36,422 nucleotides of DNA, taken from contig DADO01000018.1 in assembly GCA_002509325.1 (NCBI GenBank), positions 1 through 36,422 of the forward strand. Direction: 5' to 3'. This DNA comes from Methanosarcina sp. UBA402. GTDB lineage: Archaea > Halobacteriota > Methanosarcinia > Methanosarcinales > Methanosarcinaceae. The notes below the pieces were generated by a model, which saw only the letters and a list, made by a program, of their open reading frames with translations, did not search any database and had not been told where the DNA came from. Position numbers and translations under genes: made by a program. This document shows positions 17,223 through 29,204 of the stretch, piece by piece (the stretch's first letter is position 1; each line of letters begins with the position of its first letter).

Positions 17223-20200
17223 ATGGGAGAAACTATTGCAAGTAAGGAAATGCACGAATACTTCAACGAACTTGAAGCAAGGCTCAAAGAAGCTATCGAG
17301 ATTGCAAATACAGCTCGAGCTCGTGGAGGAGATCCAAAACCCATAGTAGAAATTCCACTTGCGAAGGATCTTGCGGATAGGGTTGAGAACCTTATAGGAG
17401 TAGAGGGAGTTGCTGCAAAGCTTCGGGAGCTTGAGACAGAGATGTCCAGGGAAGAAGCTGCTCTCGAAATTGGGCGTCAGGTAGCTGAAGGCGAGGTTGG
17501 AAACTTTGCAACAAAAAAGGATGCAGTTGAAGCTGCGATTCGGGTTTCCATGGCTACTCTTACTGAAGGAGTGGTTGCAGCCCCAATTGAAGGCATTGAC
17601 AAAGTTGAATTGGGAACGAACGACGATGGTTCGCAATACATCCGGATTTTTTACTCAGGGCCAATTCGGAGTGCAGGCGGGACCGCCCAGGCGCTTTCCG
17701 TGCTCGTTGGTGATTATGTAAGGCGTGGGATAGGGATTGACCGCTATAAGCCTAGGCCCGAGGAAGTAGAGCGTTATGTGGAAGAGATTCTGCTTTACAA
17801 GAGAGTTTCAAGCCTGCAGTATACGCCCTCGGAAGACGAGATTCGTTTGATAGTCAGAAATTGTCCTGTCTGTATTGACGGTGACCCAACCGAAGATGCC
17901 GAGGTAGAAGGGCACAGGGATTTAGAGAGGATTGGGACAAATCGTGTCAGAGGGGGAATGTGCCTTGTACTTGCCGAAGGGCTCGCCCTCAAGGCACCCA
18001 AGATTCAGAGACATGTCAATAAGTTGAATATGGATGGATGGGACTGGCTGGAAACCCTTATAGGGGGTTCGAAAAGCGGAGGCAGTGAAGAAGATGATCA
18101 GAAAAGTAAGGTTAAACCGAAGGACAAATATATAAGGGACCTGATTGCAGGCAGACCGGTTTTTTCCCATCCTTCAAGGCCAGGAGGGTTCAGGCTTCGT
18201 TACGGGCGTTCCAGAAATACCTCTTTTGCGGCTGCAGGTATCAATCCGTCTACTATGGTTTTACTCGACGACTTTGTCACTAATGGGACTCAGCTCAAAG
18301 TTGAAAGGCCTGGAAAAGCTGCAGGCATGTCTGCCGTAGACTCGATAGAAGGGCCAACAGTGCGCCTTTACTCTGGAGACCTTGTCCGAGTAGACAATAT
18401 AGAAGAAGCTTATGAGCTTCGCCCGCAGGTCGAGGTAATAGTAGACATTGGGGAGATCCTGATTAATTACGGGGATTTCCTGGAAAACAACCATCCTCTT
18501 ATGCCTTCATCTTATGTTTTCGAATGGTGGCATTATGACTATGAAGCTGCCTGCCCTGAGACAATTCCTGAAGAGGAATTGAAAGATCCATCTGCAGCTC
18601 TGGCTCTCAGGCTTGCAGAGGAATACAATGTTCCTCTACATCCGAAATTTACGTATCTCTGGCACGACATAAACCGAAGTGAATTTGAAGCTTTAAGGGA
18701 ATTCGTGGCTGAGAAGGGAAGTTTCTCGATTGAAAGTGGAATTCTTGGGTTGCCCCTAAAAGCCTGTCTGGAAAGGGGTATTAAATTCGTATTGGAAAAG
18801 CTCCTTGTACTTCACAGGGTAAAAACTGAGACAATCTTGATTGAAGAAGCTCTTCCTTTTATTCTCTGCCTTGGGCTTGGCTGTCACCTGAAAGAAAAAG
18901 CCCGAATGCCTGATACTGAGAATATGGTGGATGCCGCAGCTCTTTTAAGCGGATTTAAAGTTTATCCGAGGGCTCCTTCAAGAATAGGGGCGAGGATGGG
19001 AAGACCAGAAAAATCCAACCTGCGAAAGATGTCTCCTGCAGCTCAGGTTCTCTTTCCGATTAGCAATGCTGGGGGAATTACGCGGAATCTCGTATCGGCT
19101 TCAGATTATCTGGCCTCGATGAATGGGAAAATTGGGGAAATTGAAGTGGAAATGGGACTCAGGGAATGTCCTGCCTGCGGAAAAGAGACCTATTTCTGGC
19201 GTTGTGACTGTAAAGAGTATACCCATCCCAAACTTTCCTGTCCCCGCTGCAAAATTGAGGTTCGAGGTTCTGAGACCTGCCCTAAATGCGGTATAAAGCT
19301 AACTTCTGTTGCAAAAGTCAAACTGGATTTTCGTTCCATTTACAAGCAGGCTTTTGAAAATTTAGGGGAAAGGGAAAAAATGGGCCTTATAAAAGGTGTA
19401 AAACGGCTCATGAACGGGCAGATGACTCCTGAACCTTTGGAAAAAGGGATTTTGCGGGCAATACATGACGTCTATATTTTTAAAGACGGGACTGTCCGTT
19501 ATGATATGTCAGACATTCCACTTACACATATCAGGGCTGATGAGATCGGCATAACGGCAGCCAAACTCCGGGAACTCGGGTATGTAGAGGATATTTATGG
19601 AAACCCTCTTGAGAGGGGTGATCAGGTTGTCTGTCTGAAAGTCCAGGATCTTGTGATTTCTTATGATGGAGCCGAGTATATGTTGCGTACGGCAAAATAC
19701 GTGGATGATCTACTTGTAAAGTATTACAAGGTCGAGCCTTATTACAATGCTGAGACAATCCAGGATTTAGTAGGTGTATTGCTTATTGGGCTTGCTCCGC
19801 ATACTTCCGCAGGTGTCCTAGCACGTCTGGTAGGGTTTACGAGAGCTTCAGTCGGCTATGCTCATCCTTTCTTTCATGCTTCAAAACGCAGGAATTGCGA
19901 TGGAGATGAAGATTGTATAATGCTCCTTATGGATGGGATTCTTAATTTCTCAAGGTCTTATCTCCCGGACAAAAGGGGTGGAAAAATGGACGCCCCTCTT
20001 GTACTTACTACCAGGATCGATCCCAAAGAAGTCGATAAAGAGGCGCATAATATAGACGTGCCTGCGAGATATCCTCTTGCGTTCTACAGGGCTACCCAGG
20101 AGTTCAAAAATCCTGCAGAGCTTGAAGATATTATGGATCTGGTCAGTGGCCGACTTGGAACGCCAGAACAGTACGATCATTTCATGTTTACACACGACAC

Positions 20201-20663
20201 TACGGATATTGCTGCAGGGCCGCTCAATTCTTCGTATAAGACTCTTGGGAGTATGATCGAGAAAATGGAGGCTCAGCTCGCCCTTGCTAGTAAAATAAGG
20301 GCAGTAGATGCTCCTGATGTGGCTGAAAGGGTGCTCAAGTCTCATTTTCTTCCTGATCTTCTTGGAAACCTCCGTTCCTTTTCCAGACAGCGGATGCGCT
20401 GTATAAAATGCGGAGAAAAATTCAGGCGCCCTCCATTAACCGGGGCCTGCCCTAAATGCGGAGGTAATGTCATACTTACCGTGTATGAAGGATCTGTCCG
20501 TAAATATCTTGAGGTTTCAAAGGAGATTGGGGAAAGATATGGAGTTTCAAGCTATACCCGACAGAGAATTGAACTTCTAGATAAAGATATACGGTCTCTG
20601 TTTGAAAATCACAGGATTAAGCAATTGGGACTTTCGGATTTTATGTCTGGGTCTGCGCGCTAA
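17223..20663 (+). CDS. polC: DNA polymerase II (PolD) large subunit DP2
   Basis: [34 protein letters not shown], CxxC Zn modules, [10 protein letters not shown] catalytic region. 1146 aa, no intein. Confidence 0.98.
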   Translation: MGETIASKEMHEYFNELEARLKEAIEIANTARARGGDPKPIVEIPLAKDLADRVENLIGVEGVAAKLRELETEMSREEAALEIGRQVAEGEVGNFATKKDAVEAAIRVSMATLTEGVVAAPIEGIDKVELGTNDDGSQYIRIFYSGPIRSAGGTAQALSVLVGDYVRRGIGIDRYKPRPEEVERYVEEILLYKRVSSLQYTPSEDEIRLIVRNCPVCIDGDPTEDAEVEGHRDLERIGTNRVRGGMCLVLAEGLALKAPKIQRHVNKLNMDGWDWLETLIGGSKSGGSEEDDQKSKVKPKDKYIRDLIAGRPVFSHPSRPGGFRLRYGRSRNTSFAAAGINPSTMVLLDDFVTNGTQLKVERPGKAAGMSAVDSIEGPTVRLYSGDLVRVDNIEEAYELRPQVEVIVDIGEILINYGDFLENNHPLMPSSYVFEWWHYDYEAACPETIPEEELKDPSAALALRLAEEYNVPLHPKFTYLWHDINRSEFEALREFVAEKGSFSIESGILGLPLKACLERGIKFVLEKLLVLHRVKTETILIEEALPFILCLGLGCHLKEKARMPDTENMVDAAALLSGFKVYPRAPSRIGARMGRPEKSNLRKMSPAAQVLFPISNAGGITRNLVSASDYLASMNGKIGEIEVEMGLRECPACGKETYFWRCDCKEYTHPKLSCPRCKIEVRGSETCPKCGIKLTSVAKVKLDFRSIYKQAFENLGEREKMGLIKGVKRLMNGQMTPEPLEKGILRAIHDVYIFKDGTVRYDMSDIPLTHIRADEIGITAAKLRELGYVEDIYGNPLERGDQVVCLKVQDLVISYDGAEYMLRTAKYVDDLLVKYYKVEPYYNAETIQDLVGVLLIGLAPHTSAGVLARLVGFTRASVGYAHPFFHASKRRNCDGDEDCIMLLMDGILNFSRSYLPDKRGGKMDAPLVLTTRIDPKEVDKEAHNIDVPARYPLAFYRATQEFKNPAELEDIMDLVSGRLGTPEQYDHFMFTHDTTDIAAGPLNSSYKTLGSMIEKMEAQLALASKIRAVDAPDVAERVLKSHFLPDLLGNLRSFSRQRMRCIKCGEKFRRPPLTGACPKCGGNVILTVYEGSVRKYLEVSKEIGERYGVSSYTRQRIELLDKDIRSLFENHRIKQLGLSDFMSGSAR

Positions 20664-21031
20664 GAGTGGGCGGAAAGGAAATACTTACTTTCAAAAAAGT
20701 TTACACTGATGGATTTGAAGGAGATAGGGCAGTTTGGGAGCCTAAAAACATAGAAGTATTTATTAATCAGTTCTCTAATTTTACTGTGTAAAGTCCTATT
20801 CTCCTTCTGGAAAATGGCTCTTCCCAGGCTTTGATTTTTCCTGGTAAGGAAAAATTCATCTATCAGGGTGAATATTCCTCTATATATTTTCTATGTAATT
20901 ATATAATTACTGGAAAATTTATCTATTATCTGTTTGATTATCTGTACCTATAACTAAATATATTTTCTTACATAGTTTCTAAGGTTTTTCTCTTTTCTCA
21001 GATTTAGATTGGGGGTTTAATATAATTTGAT

Positions 21032-22267
21032 TTATTTCACAGGCAGCCCAAGGGAATTGATCTGCCCTATAAGTTCAGTAAAGTTTTCAATTTCCAGTTC
21101 CAGAACCTCTTCTCGGCCCATGCCTATTGACATTTCTCCGTCTACAGAAAGACGCTCTGGGCCCCTGCGAATAAGCCTATCAATCCCATCTCTCCTGAGA
21201 GCTTCTTTTATTTCCATATCATGGGCAAAAACCCTTCCTGGGATGAAAACGGTTTCGCTTACTTTCGAGAGATCTAACTTTTCGAAATCTTCAATAGTAA
21301 TGAGGCATCCGATATCTTTTTCCAGAGCGACAACATTCACAGAACCTCCGAGTGCTTCGAAGATTTCTCTCAGCCTTGGGGCCGCGATCTGGCCTGTGAT
21401 GACTGTAGCTCTTTTTGTAGTTCTAGGAAGTTTTTCAAGGGCTTCGGGAACATTTCGGATGGCAAAAGGAGAACCAATTAAAGGATCTTCAAGCGGGGTT
21501 CCTGTAATCCTCATAGAAGGGTGCTTTGCTGCAGAATTGCGTACAAGTTCTGTGAATTCTTGAACAGTATGTGGGATTATGCCCGGAATAATAGGGGCAT
21601 TGTTCAGGATAAGCCCGTTTTCCTGAAAGTTTGCAAATCTCATCAGGATTGCTCCTTTTGCACCCATAGTTTCCAGATCACTGAGGGTCTTATTAAGGAT
21701 TTCTTCGTCGTTTACTCCAGGAATAAGCACAATTGCCCCGTATACTTCACAATGAGCACAGAAATCTCGAAGAACCTGTAAAGAAGCTTCAGGCTCCGGG
21801 TCTTTCATGTACTCAGCTCTTAGGACCGGATCAGTAGCAAAGACTGTAAAACTCACTTCTGTGATTCCATGGTCTATATAGAATGAAGCATCATCAGGCT
21901 TGCTGAATCCTTTTCCGCTTGTATACCCCAGGTGAATAGGAATTCTGAATTGGGATAGAAATTCTACAAGTTTTTTCAGTTCCGGGTAGCAGCTTAAATC
22001 GCCTCCTCCGCTGATAGTGAATTTTTTTATTTCTCCACTTGCAAAATAGAGTTTTCTTGCAGTTTCTTCCAGTACAATTTGAAGGGGTTTGAAGCCTGGA
22101 TATGATTCCTTTACACTGCGGGTACAATAGTCACACCCTTTTTTAAAGGGAAGACAGTACTTGCAGCCCAGAGACTGAATGTCTTTGACTTTTTTAAAGT
22201 AACAATATTTGCAAAAACCTCTACAGTCTACCCCTGGATTTCCACCTACGTCGACAACTACTTCCAT
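21032..22267 (-). CDS. mmp10: Methanogenesis marker protein 10, B12-dependent radical-SAM MCR arginine methyltransferase (MamA)
   Basis: CRGFCKYC (CX3CX2C) plus a second CKYC...CDYC Cys cluster; divergent from mcrB. Confidence 0.93.
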   Translation of the reverse strand: MEVVVDVGGNPGVDCRGFCKYCYFKKVKDIQSLGCKYCLPFKKGCDYCTRSVKESYPGFKPLQIVLEETARKLYFASGEIKKFTISGGGDLSCYPELKKLVEFLSQFRIPIHLGYTSGKGFSKPDDASFYIDHGITEVSFTVFATDPVLRAEYMKDPEPEASLQVLRDFCAHCEVYGAIVLIPGVNDEEILNKTLSDLETMGAKGAILMRFANFQENGLILNNAPIIPGIIPHTVQEFTELVRNSAAKHPSMRITGTPLEDPLIGSPFAIRNVPEALEKLPRTTKRATVITGQIAAPRLREIFEALGGSVNVVALEKDIGCLITIEDFEKLDLSKVSETVFIPGRVFAHDMEIKEALRRDGIDRLIRRGPERLSVDGEMSIGMGREEVLELEIENFTELIGQINSLGLPVK

Positions 22268-22534
22268 ATTAAACTTTCGTATAGCGAGGGTATTACTAAA
22301 TCTTTTTGGTGTGATTCACTAGCGGCGAAATATCTTTCTAAAAATATTAATGTAAATTTTCCATCATCTTAGGATTTTTTTTTATAATGTAATTTTGTTC
22401 ATTTTTGGCGACTTTAATTAACATTAAAATTTGATTTTTCTATTGATATCGTTTTTTTATATAATTCTATAAAAATAGAATCTAGATTAATAAAGTCAAT
22501 TTTAAAAAAATAGATAAATTAATTGAGCAGAGAA

Positions 22535-22680
22535 CACAAAAGATTTAAGTACCTTCTAAACGAATGAGATTTACATTGGGAAAGTGGACACTTAAAAACG
22601 ACGCGGTATTTGATTTATTGAGTGCAAAAGCACTTTAGTAGGTGACCAGTCCCAAAACGATTTTAATAAATTAAGGAGGA
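22535..22680 (+). promoter_or_regulatory. mcrB promoter, leader and RBS
   Basis: AAAAGA-TTTAAGTA (TATA 22544-22551), AGTAGGTGACCAGTCCCAAAA and AAGGAGG resemble the well-known Methanosarcina PmcrB. Confidence 0.8.
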
Positions 22681-22687
22681 TATTAAA

Positions 22688-23992
22688 GTGTCTGACACAG
22701 TAGACATCTACGATGACAGAGGAAAACTGCTCGAGAGCAATGTCGACATAATGAACGTTGCTCCAACAAGAAACGCAGCAATTAAAAAGATTATCATGGA
22801 CACAAAGAGGTCCGTTGCAGTCAACCTCGCAGGTATTCAGGGCGCGCTTGCCAGCGGCAAGATGGGCGGCAAGGGCCGTCAGATCTTAGGCCGTGGGCTC
22901 AACTACGATATCGTAGGCAATGTTGATGCTATTGCAGCAAACGTTAAGGATCTTATCAAAGTCAATGAGGGCGACGACGCAAATGTTAGAGTCCTCAAAG
23001 GTGGAAAGAGCCTGTTGATCCAGGTTCCACAGTCCAGAATTCTTGCTGGTGCCGACTACATGTCCGCAACCACAGTCGGTGCAGCAGCAGTCACCCAGAC
23101 TATTATTGACATGTTCGGAACCGACCCATTTGATGCTCCTATCGTAAAGGGCGCTGTCTGGGGAAGCTACCCACAGACAATGGACCTGATGGGCGGAAAC
23201 GTTGCAGGTATCTTAAACATTCCTCAGAATAATGAAGGTCTTGGTTTCTCCCTCAGAAACATCATGGCCAACCACGTTGCAGCTATTACCAACCGGAATG
23301 CAATGAATGCATCAGCTCTTTCTTCTATCTACGAGCAGTCTGGTATCTTCGAGATGGGTGGAGCAGTCGGTATTTTCGAGAGGCAGCAGCTCCTCGGCCT
23401 TGCATACCAGGGTCTTAACGGCAACAATCTCTTATATGACATAGTAAAGGAAAACGGCAAGGAAGGCACCATTGGAACCGTTATCGAGTCAGTTGTCCGC
23501 AGGGCAATTGAAGATAATGTTATCTCCGTTGACAAGACCGCTCCCTCTGGATATGACTTCTACAAAGCAAACGACGTCCCAATGTGGAACGCCTATGCAG
23601 CAACCGGTACTCTTGCAGCCACCCTCGTGAACTGTGGCGCAGGACGTGCAGCTCAGAACGTTTCCTCAACACTTCTCTACTTCAACGACATTCTTGAGAA
23701 GGAAACCGGTCTCCCAGGATGCGACTATGGTAAAGTACAGGGTGTCGCAGTAGGATTCTCATTCTTCAGCCACTCTATCTATGGTGGCGGTGGACCTGGT
23801 GTCTTCAACGGTAACCACGTTGTTACCAGGCACTCCAGAGGATTTGCAATCCCATGCGTATGCGCAGCAGTAGCCCTGGATGCAGGTACCCAGATGTTCA
23901 CAATCGAAGCAACATCAGGCATTATCGGCGATGTTTTCGGATCGATCGGGGAATTCCGCGAGCCGATTAAGGCAGTTGCAGGAGCGCTCTAA
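22688..23992 (+). CDS. mcrB: Methyl-coenzyme M reductase beta subunit
   Basis: [14 protein letters not shown]..., [28 protein letters not shown] start after AGGAGG. Confidence 0.99.
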   Translation: MSDTVDIYDDRGKLLESNVDIMNVAPTRNAAIKKIIMDTKRSVAVNLAGIQGALASGKMGGKGRQILGRGLNYDIVGNVDAIAANVKDLIKVNEGDDANVRVLKGGKSLLIQVPQSRILAGADYMSATTVGAAAVTQTIIDMFGTDPFDAPIVKGAVWGSYPQTMDLMGGNVAGILNIPQNNEGLGFSLRNIMANHVAAITNRNAMNASALSSIYEQSGIFEMGGAVGIFERQQLLGLAYQGLNGNNLLYDIVKENGKEGTIGTVIESVVRRAIEDNVISVDKTAPSGYDFYKANDVPMWNAYAATGTLAATLVNCGAGRAAQNVSSTLLYFNDILEKETGLPGCDYGKVQGVAVGFSFFSHSIYGGGGPGVFNGNHVVTRHSRGFAIPCVCAAVALDAGTQMFTIEATSGIIGDVFGSIGEFREPIKAVAGAL

Positions 23993-24016
23993 ACAAATTA
24001 TTTAAAAGGTCTAACG

Positions 24017-24532
24017 ATGTCAGACTCTGCTTCAAACACAGAAGACTCTATCCAAATCGAAATTTTCCCCAGTAGAATCCTGTCCCCTGAAACGGCTCAG
24101 AAACTCATAGCTGAGATCTACAAGGTGGACGGAGTAATCCGCGTCATGGTGCAGGGCAACAGGCTGCCCGAGAGGGTGACTGCAGGCCCTGGCACAGGGG
24201 AAAAAGTGGAACATCCACTTAGAAAGCCTATTCAAATTGGAGATCAAGTTATTGAATTAAAGATTTGTGTGGGTAGGATTAGGGTTGAACTTTCAAACGC
24301 CGAAGCTAAAGAAAAAATCAGGCAAGTATGCGAAAATTTGCTCGCGTTTCCCTTTGAATTCAGGGAAGGGCATTTCCTCAAAAAGAAGCCTACTGTAACT
24401 GATTATGCCAAACTTGGTCCTGAAGCAGATCCCAGGTTACTTGGTATGGTAGATCCCAGAGCCAAGATAGACCAGCTTATTTTTATCGAGAAACAAGAGG
24501 AGCAAAAAGAGAAAAACGATAAAGATGAGTGA
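24017..24532 (+). CDS. mcrD: MCR operon protein D
   Basis: QIEIFPSRIL.PETA, GP..G.KVEHP.RK, PTVTDYAKLG; operon position. Confidence 0.96.
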   Translation: MSDSASNTEDSIQIEIFPSRILSPETAQKLIAEIYKVDGVIRVMVQGNRLPERVTAGPGTGEKVEHPLRKPIQIGDQVIELKICVGRIRVELSNAEAKEKIRQVCENLLAFPFEFREGHFLKKKPTVTDYAKLGPEADPRLLGMVDPRAKIDQLIFIEKQEEQKEKNDKDE

Positions 24533-24538
24533 AAAAAT

Positions 24539-25159
24539 ATGATGATCGATCGGGAAACGCAGGTAGTTGACTGCCGATGCGGTGCGGGACTTGGCAAAGG
24601 AGGGGGGCTTGCCCAGCGAGGCACTCTCTCGGAAGCCGGCCGTGCTGAGGTAGTGGCTATTGCAATGAGTCCCGGCCAGAGGCATATCACAAAACCGGTA
24701 TGTGAGATCACATATGGGATGAGGAAAGAAAATATCCAGGTCAGTGTGCTGGTACTCTACTCAGGCTCCGGAATCCCTGAATCAGGCTTGAGAACCGGAT
24801 CTTTCGTGTTGAGTCCAGTAGAAATTGCACAGATTGAAATGCACAAACTGGCTGTTATTCACCTCGGAAATATCAAGGATCATGTAGTTAGAAAGGCCAG
24901 GGAAATCCTGAGCCAGGCAAATATCCCGGCGATTGTAGTCAGCCAAATTCCGGTAGATTTTGAGGATTTTGCAGAGGCAGGGATAAAGACGAGATTAGTA
25001 ATGCCAAGGGATGAGAATATTCGTACAAAAGGAATTGTGATGGATATGGTCAGCGGAGTTACACGCGGTGATTCCTGCCCCAGGGACAAGCTAAATTTAA
25101 TCATTAAACACGTCAAGACTACATTAGACCAGTTAGAAGATCATAAAGGAGTTGCATGA
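24539..25159 (+). CDS. mcrC: MCR operon protein C
   Basis: VVDCRCGAGLGKGGGLAQRGT, RHITKPVCEIT, GVTRGDSC. Confidence 0.97.
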   Translation: MMIDRETQVVDCRCGAGLGKGGGLAQRGTLSEAGRAEVVAIAMSPGQRHITKPVCEITYGMRKENIQVSVLVLYSGSGIPESGLRTGSFVLSPVEIAQIEMHKLAVIHLGNIKDHVVRKAREILSQANIPAIVVSQIPVDFEDFAEAGIKTRLVMPRDENIRTKGIVMDMVSGVTRGDSCPRDKLNLIIKHVKTTLDQLEDHKGVA

Positions 25160-25160
25160 G

Positions 25161-25907
25161 ATGGCTTACGAAAGACAATTTTATCCAGGCGCAACATCAG
25201 TTGGCGCTAACAGAAGAAAACACATGTCTGGAAAACTTGAGAAACTCAGGGAGATTTCAGACGAAGACTTAACAGCAGTTCTCGGGCACCGTGCTCCAGG
25301 GAGTGACTATCCAAGCACCCACCCCCCACTTGCAGAAATGGGAGAGCCCGCATGCTCGACCCGTGAGAATGTTGAAGCTACACCAGGTGCAAAGGCTGGC
25401 GACAGAGTCAGGTATGTCCAGTTTACTGACTCAATGTACAACGCGCCTGCAACCCCGTACTTCAGATCATACTTCGCAGCAATTAACTTTAGAGGTGTAG
25501 ACCCAGGTACCCTTTCCGGACGTCAGATCGTTGAAGCCCGTGAAAGAGACATGGAACAGTGTGCAAAGGTCCAGATGGAAACCGAGATCTCCGATCATGC
25601 ACTCGCAGGCATGCGTGGCGCAACAGTACATGGCCACTCTGTCCGTCTCCAGGAAGACGGTGTAATGTTCGACATGCTCGACAGGAGAAGACTCGAGAAC
25701 GGCACCATCATAATGGACAAAGACCAGGTTGCAATCCCACTCGATAGGAAAGTGGACCTCGGCAAACCCATGTCAAGTGAAGAAGCTGCAAAGAGAACCA
25801 CCATTTACCGCGTGGACAATGTAGCCTTCAGAGACGACGCAGAAGTCGTTGAATGGGTACACAGGATATTCGATGAGAGAACAAAATACGGATTCCAGCC
25901 GAAATGA
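25161..25907 (+). CDS. mcrG: Methyl-coenzyme M reductase gamma subunit
   Basis: [48 protein letters not shown] 25161 gives 248 aa. Confidence 0.99.
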   Translation: MAYERQFYPGATSVGANRRKHMSGKLEKLREISDEDLTAVLGHRAPGSDYPSTHPPLAEMGEPACSTRENVEATPGAKAGDRVRYVQFTDSMYNAPATPYFRSYFAAINFRGVDPGTLSGRQIVEARERDMEQCAKVQMETEISDHALAGMRGATVHGHSVRLQEDGVMFDMLDRRRLENGTIIMDKDQVAIPLDRKVDLGKPMSSEEAAKRTTIYRVDNVAFRDDAEVVEWVHRIFDERTKYGFQPK

Positions 25908-25917
25908 GGTGACCACA

Positions 25918-27630
25918 ATGGCAGCAGATATTTTCGCAAAATTTAAAAAATCAATGGAAGTCAAATTCACACAGGAATTCGGTTCAAACCAGCAAAGTGG
26001 AGGCGACATCTCCGGCAAGACAGCCAAGTTCCTGAGACTAGGTCCTGAGCAGGACCCCAGAAAGGTCGAAATGATTAAAGCCGGAAAGGAACTCGCAGAG
26101 AAGAGAGGCATTGCATTCTACAACCCAATGATGCACTCAGGTGCTCCCCTCGGACAGCGTGCAATTACCCCTTACACCATCTCCGGCACTGACATTGTTG
26201 CAGAGCCTGATGACCTTCACTATGTCAACAATGCCGCAATGCAGCAGATGTGGGACGACATCAGGAGAACCTGTATTGTCGGTCTTGACCTCGCTCACGA
26301 GACCCTCGAAAAGAGGCTGGGTAAGGAAGTCACTCCTGAAACCATCAACCATTACCTTGAAGTCCTTAACCATGCCATGCCAGGCGCAGCAGTGGTTCAG
26401 GAAATGATGGTTGAAACCCACCCGGCTCTCGTTGACGACTGCTACGTGAAAGTCTTCACAGGCGACGACACACTTGCAGACGAAATCGACAAGCAGTTCC
26501 TTATTGACATCAACAAGGAATTCCCAAAAGAACAGGCAGCTCAGATCAAGGCCTCCATCGGCAAGACCTCCTGGCAGGCAATCCACATCCCAACAGTTGT
26601 CTCCAGAACAACTGATGGTGCTCAGACCTCCAGATGGGCAGCCATGCAGATCGGTATGTCCTTCATCTCCGCATACTCAATGTGTGCTGGTGAAGCCGCA
26701 GTCGCTGACCTGTCCTTCGCTGCAAAGCACGCAGCTCTGGTCTCAATGGGTGAAATGCTGCCCGCAAGGCGTGCACGTGGCCCCAACGAGCCAGGTGGAC
26801 TGTCCTTCGGTCACCTTGCAGACATTATCCAGACAAGCCGCATTTCCAATGACCCGGCAAAGATCGCTCTTGAAGTCGTCGGTGCAGGATGTATGCTCTA
26901 CGACCAGATCTGGCTTGGATCTTACATGTCCGGTGGTGTCGGATTCACACAGTATGCAACAGCTGCATACACCGATGACATCCTTGACAACAACGTGTAC
27001 TACAACGTTGACTACATCAACGACAAGTACAACGGTGCTGCAAATGTAGGCACTGACAACAAGGTAAAGGCAACCCTCGATGTCGTAAAGGACATCGCAA
27101 CCGAGTCCACACTCTACGGTATCGAGACTTATGAGAAGTTCCCGACTGCCCTTGAAGACCACTTCGGTGGATCCCAGAGAGCAACCGTGCTCGCAGCCGC
27201 AGCCGGTGTCGCAACCGCCCTCGCAACCGCAAACGCAAATGCTGGTCTCTCTGGCTGGTACCTCTCTATGTACCTGCACAAGGAAGCATGGGGCCGTCTC
27301 GGCTTCTTCGGATACGACCTGCAGGATCAGTGTGGTGCCACAAACGTTCTGTCCTACCAGGGTGACGAAGGTCTCCCAGACGAACTCCGTGGTCCAAACT
27401 ACCCCAACTACGCAATGAACGTCGGTCACCAGGGTGGATATGCAGGTATCGCTCAGGCAGCCCACTCAGGCCGTGGAGACGCATTCACCGTCAACCCACT
27501 CATCAAGGTCTGCTTCGCTGACGACCTCCTGCCCTTCAACTTCGCTGAGCCCAGGAGAGATTTCGGCCGCGGTGCAATGAGAGAGTTCGTGCCTGCTGGT
27601 GAGAGATCCCTCGTCATTCCGGCAAAATAA
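25918..27630 (+). CDS. mcrA: Methyl-coenzyme M reductase alpha subunit
   Basis: 570 aa from ATG 25918 (RBS GAGGTGA). [34 protein letters not shown]; modification sites Arg285, Gly465 and Cys472 are present. Confidence 0.99.
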   Translation: MAADIFAKFKKSMEVKFTQEFGSNQQSGGDISGKTAKFLRLGPEQDPRKVEMIKAGKELAEKRGIAFYNPMMHSGAPLGQRAITPYTISGTDIVAEPDDLHYVNNAAMQQMWDDIRRTCIVGLDLAHETLEKRLGKEVTPETINHYLEVLNHAMPGAAVVQEMMVETHPALVDDCYVKVFTGDDTLADEIDKQFLIDINKEFPKEQAAQIKASIGKTSWQAIHIPTVVSRTTDGAQTSRWAAMQIGMSFISAYSMCAGEAAVADLSFAAKHAALVSMGEMLPARRARGPNEPGGLSFGHLADIIQTSRISNDPAKIALEVVGAGCMLYDQIWLGSYMSGGVGFTQYATAAYTDDILDNNVYYNVDYINDKYNGAANVGTDNKVKATLDVVKDIATESTLYGIETYEKFPTALEDHFGGSQRATVLAAAAGVATALATANANAGLSGWYLSMYLHKEAWGRLGFFGYDLQDQCGATNVLSYQGDEGLPDELRGPNYPNYAMNVGHQGGYAGIAQAAHSGRGDAFTVNPLIKVCFADDLLPFNFAEPRRDFGRGAMREFVPAGERSLVIPAK

Positions 27631-27657
27631 ACTCAACAACCAGATACATTAAAACAG

Positions 27658-27691
27658 AGTAGGCCTGCTGGCCTACTTTTTATCTCTTTTT
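27658..27691 (+). terminator. mcr operon terminator
   Basis: AGTAGGCC-tgct-GGCCTACT followed by T-rich tracts. Confidence 0.8.
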
Positions 27692-27747
27692 CAGTGTTTC
27701 TGTCTGCGTTTTTATTCTGCATTTTTTAGAAATGACTTTTCTATCCA

Positions 27748-28155
27748 TGAATATTTAGCAACTGCAATGCCAGAGGAAAACAGAAGTTCTAAAAGAGGAG
27801 CATAGATCCAATCTTATAATCAGGTATTGCGGGTGCAACAGGTGCTTGAAGAAATATTGCACTATGAAGCCCTTTTGGTAACTGAGTTCTCGAAATTGTC
27901 TCAATAACAGCCGGCTCTCCGAATTCACTCACGGAAGAAATAAATGAGCTACCTATTTCCAGCCATGAAATAGACTTCACACCCTTCATGGGGCTGGCGT
28001 TCGCAAAATATTATTTCGCGATGGAGCCCCGTGAAATACAGGTGGGACCAATTTGGATCGGTGAAACCAAAAAATGGTTCTTTGTGCAGCCAACGTCAAA
28101 AAGAAAATGCCAGCTGTTTTTTCGTCCCAGTATTAACTCATTAGTCATCGGTTAA
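27748..28155 (+). pseudogene. Possible degenerate coding remnant downstream of mcrA
   Basis: Coding-like composition but broken by stops in all plus frames. Fragments include IIRYCGCNRCLKKYC and VLEIVSITAGSPNSLTEEINEL. Identity not established. Confidence 0.3.
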
Positions 28156-28336
28156 GGAATTATTCTGCCAGAAAACCTACTGATTTTGTACCAGAAGCCT
28201 GCCTTAAACTTTGGTCTTTTTACATGAGATCGATACCTTGTTCTAGTTCACAACATATTAATATTTCAACAATAGTTACGAAAATGGAGGAAATTTACAC
28301 CATTCCTCACTTAACCGAAGATGCATGAATATTTAC

Positions 28337-29200
28337 TTATTCTGCCCTGAGTTCCCGTTGAGGTACGAATCTCTCCGAAAGGGTTGTTCCGATATGATAT
28401 ACAGAAAGCATTGTTATCACAATGAATATGCCGGGGAAGAAGGATGTCCACCAAACACCTAGAAGAATATCATTTCTGGCTTCAGACAGCATATTTCCCC
28501 AGCTTGGTTCATGAACAGGAACCCCTAGCCCTAAGAACCCAAGAGCTGCTTCATGCATAATCGCGTGTGATGTCATGAGAGTGGTTGAGACTATGGCTAT
28601 ATGGAGGATGTTTGGAAACATATGCCGAAGGAGAACGTATAGGTCGCCAGCTCCAAGTCCAATTGAGGTTTCAATGAATGGCCGCTGGCGGAGAGATAAA
28701 GCCTCACTCCTTACAAGTCGGGCTGGGGTCGCCCAGTGCGTGATGGCTATTGCAAGAATTATCAGGAGGATTGAGCGGGGATAAAGTGTAAGGATAAACA
28801 AAATAGCCATCATTTCCGGAACAGAGTACCACATATCAACGCCCCTCATGAGGATATTATCCCATATTCCTCGATAGTATCCGGCTAATAAGCCGATAAC
28901 AACCCCAAGAGTAGCCGCAAGTAAAGATGCAGCAACTCCAACCATGATCGTTATCCGTGTACCATAGAGAAGACGGCTGAAGACATCCCGACCAAGTCCA
29001 TCGGTTCCACACGGATGGGTTATGCTGGGTGATTCATAAACCTCATCCATATTAGCAGCCACCGGGTTATAGGGTGTAAGAATTGGAGCCATCAAGGAGA
29101 GCAGGAGGAGGGAAATCAGAATAATGGCTCCTGAATACTCTCGAATCTTTGGGAATACCGGATAGTTGGGGTTATCTTTCCATTGGTAACCTGATTCCAT
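28337..29200 (-). CDS. Ni/dipeptide/oligopeptide ABC permease (DppC/NikC-like)
   Basis: HPCGTDGLGRDVFSRLLYG, EAA-like loop FIETSIGLGA, RHMFPN, PSWGNML. ATG 29200 follows GAGGAGGT. Confidence 0.92.
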   Translation of the reverse strand: MESGYQWKDNPNYPVFPKIREYSGAIILISLLLLSLMAPILTPYNPVAANMDEVYESPSITHPCGTDGLGRDVFSRLLYGTRITIMVGVAASLLAATLGVVIGLLAGYYRGIWDNILMRGVDMWYSVPEMMAILFILTLYPRSILLIILAIAITHWATPARLVRSEALSLRQRPFIETSIGLGAGDLYVLLRHMFPNILHIAIVSTTLMTSHAIMHEAALGFLGLGVPVHEPSWGNMLSEARNDILLGVWWTSFFPGIFIVITMLSVYHIGTTLSERFVPQRELRAE

Positions 29201-29204
29201 CCGT

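Noticed and set aside
19880-19915. Intein at the DP2 [10 protein letters not shown] site
   Set aside because: The motif is contiguous and the protein length is intein-free.
26137-27484. Long antisense and alternate-frame ORFs inside mcrA
   Set aside because: Shadows expected from the strong codon bias of a highly expressed gene; no recognisable domains.
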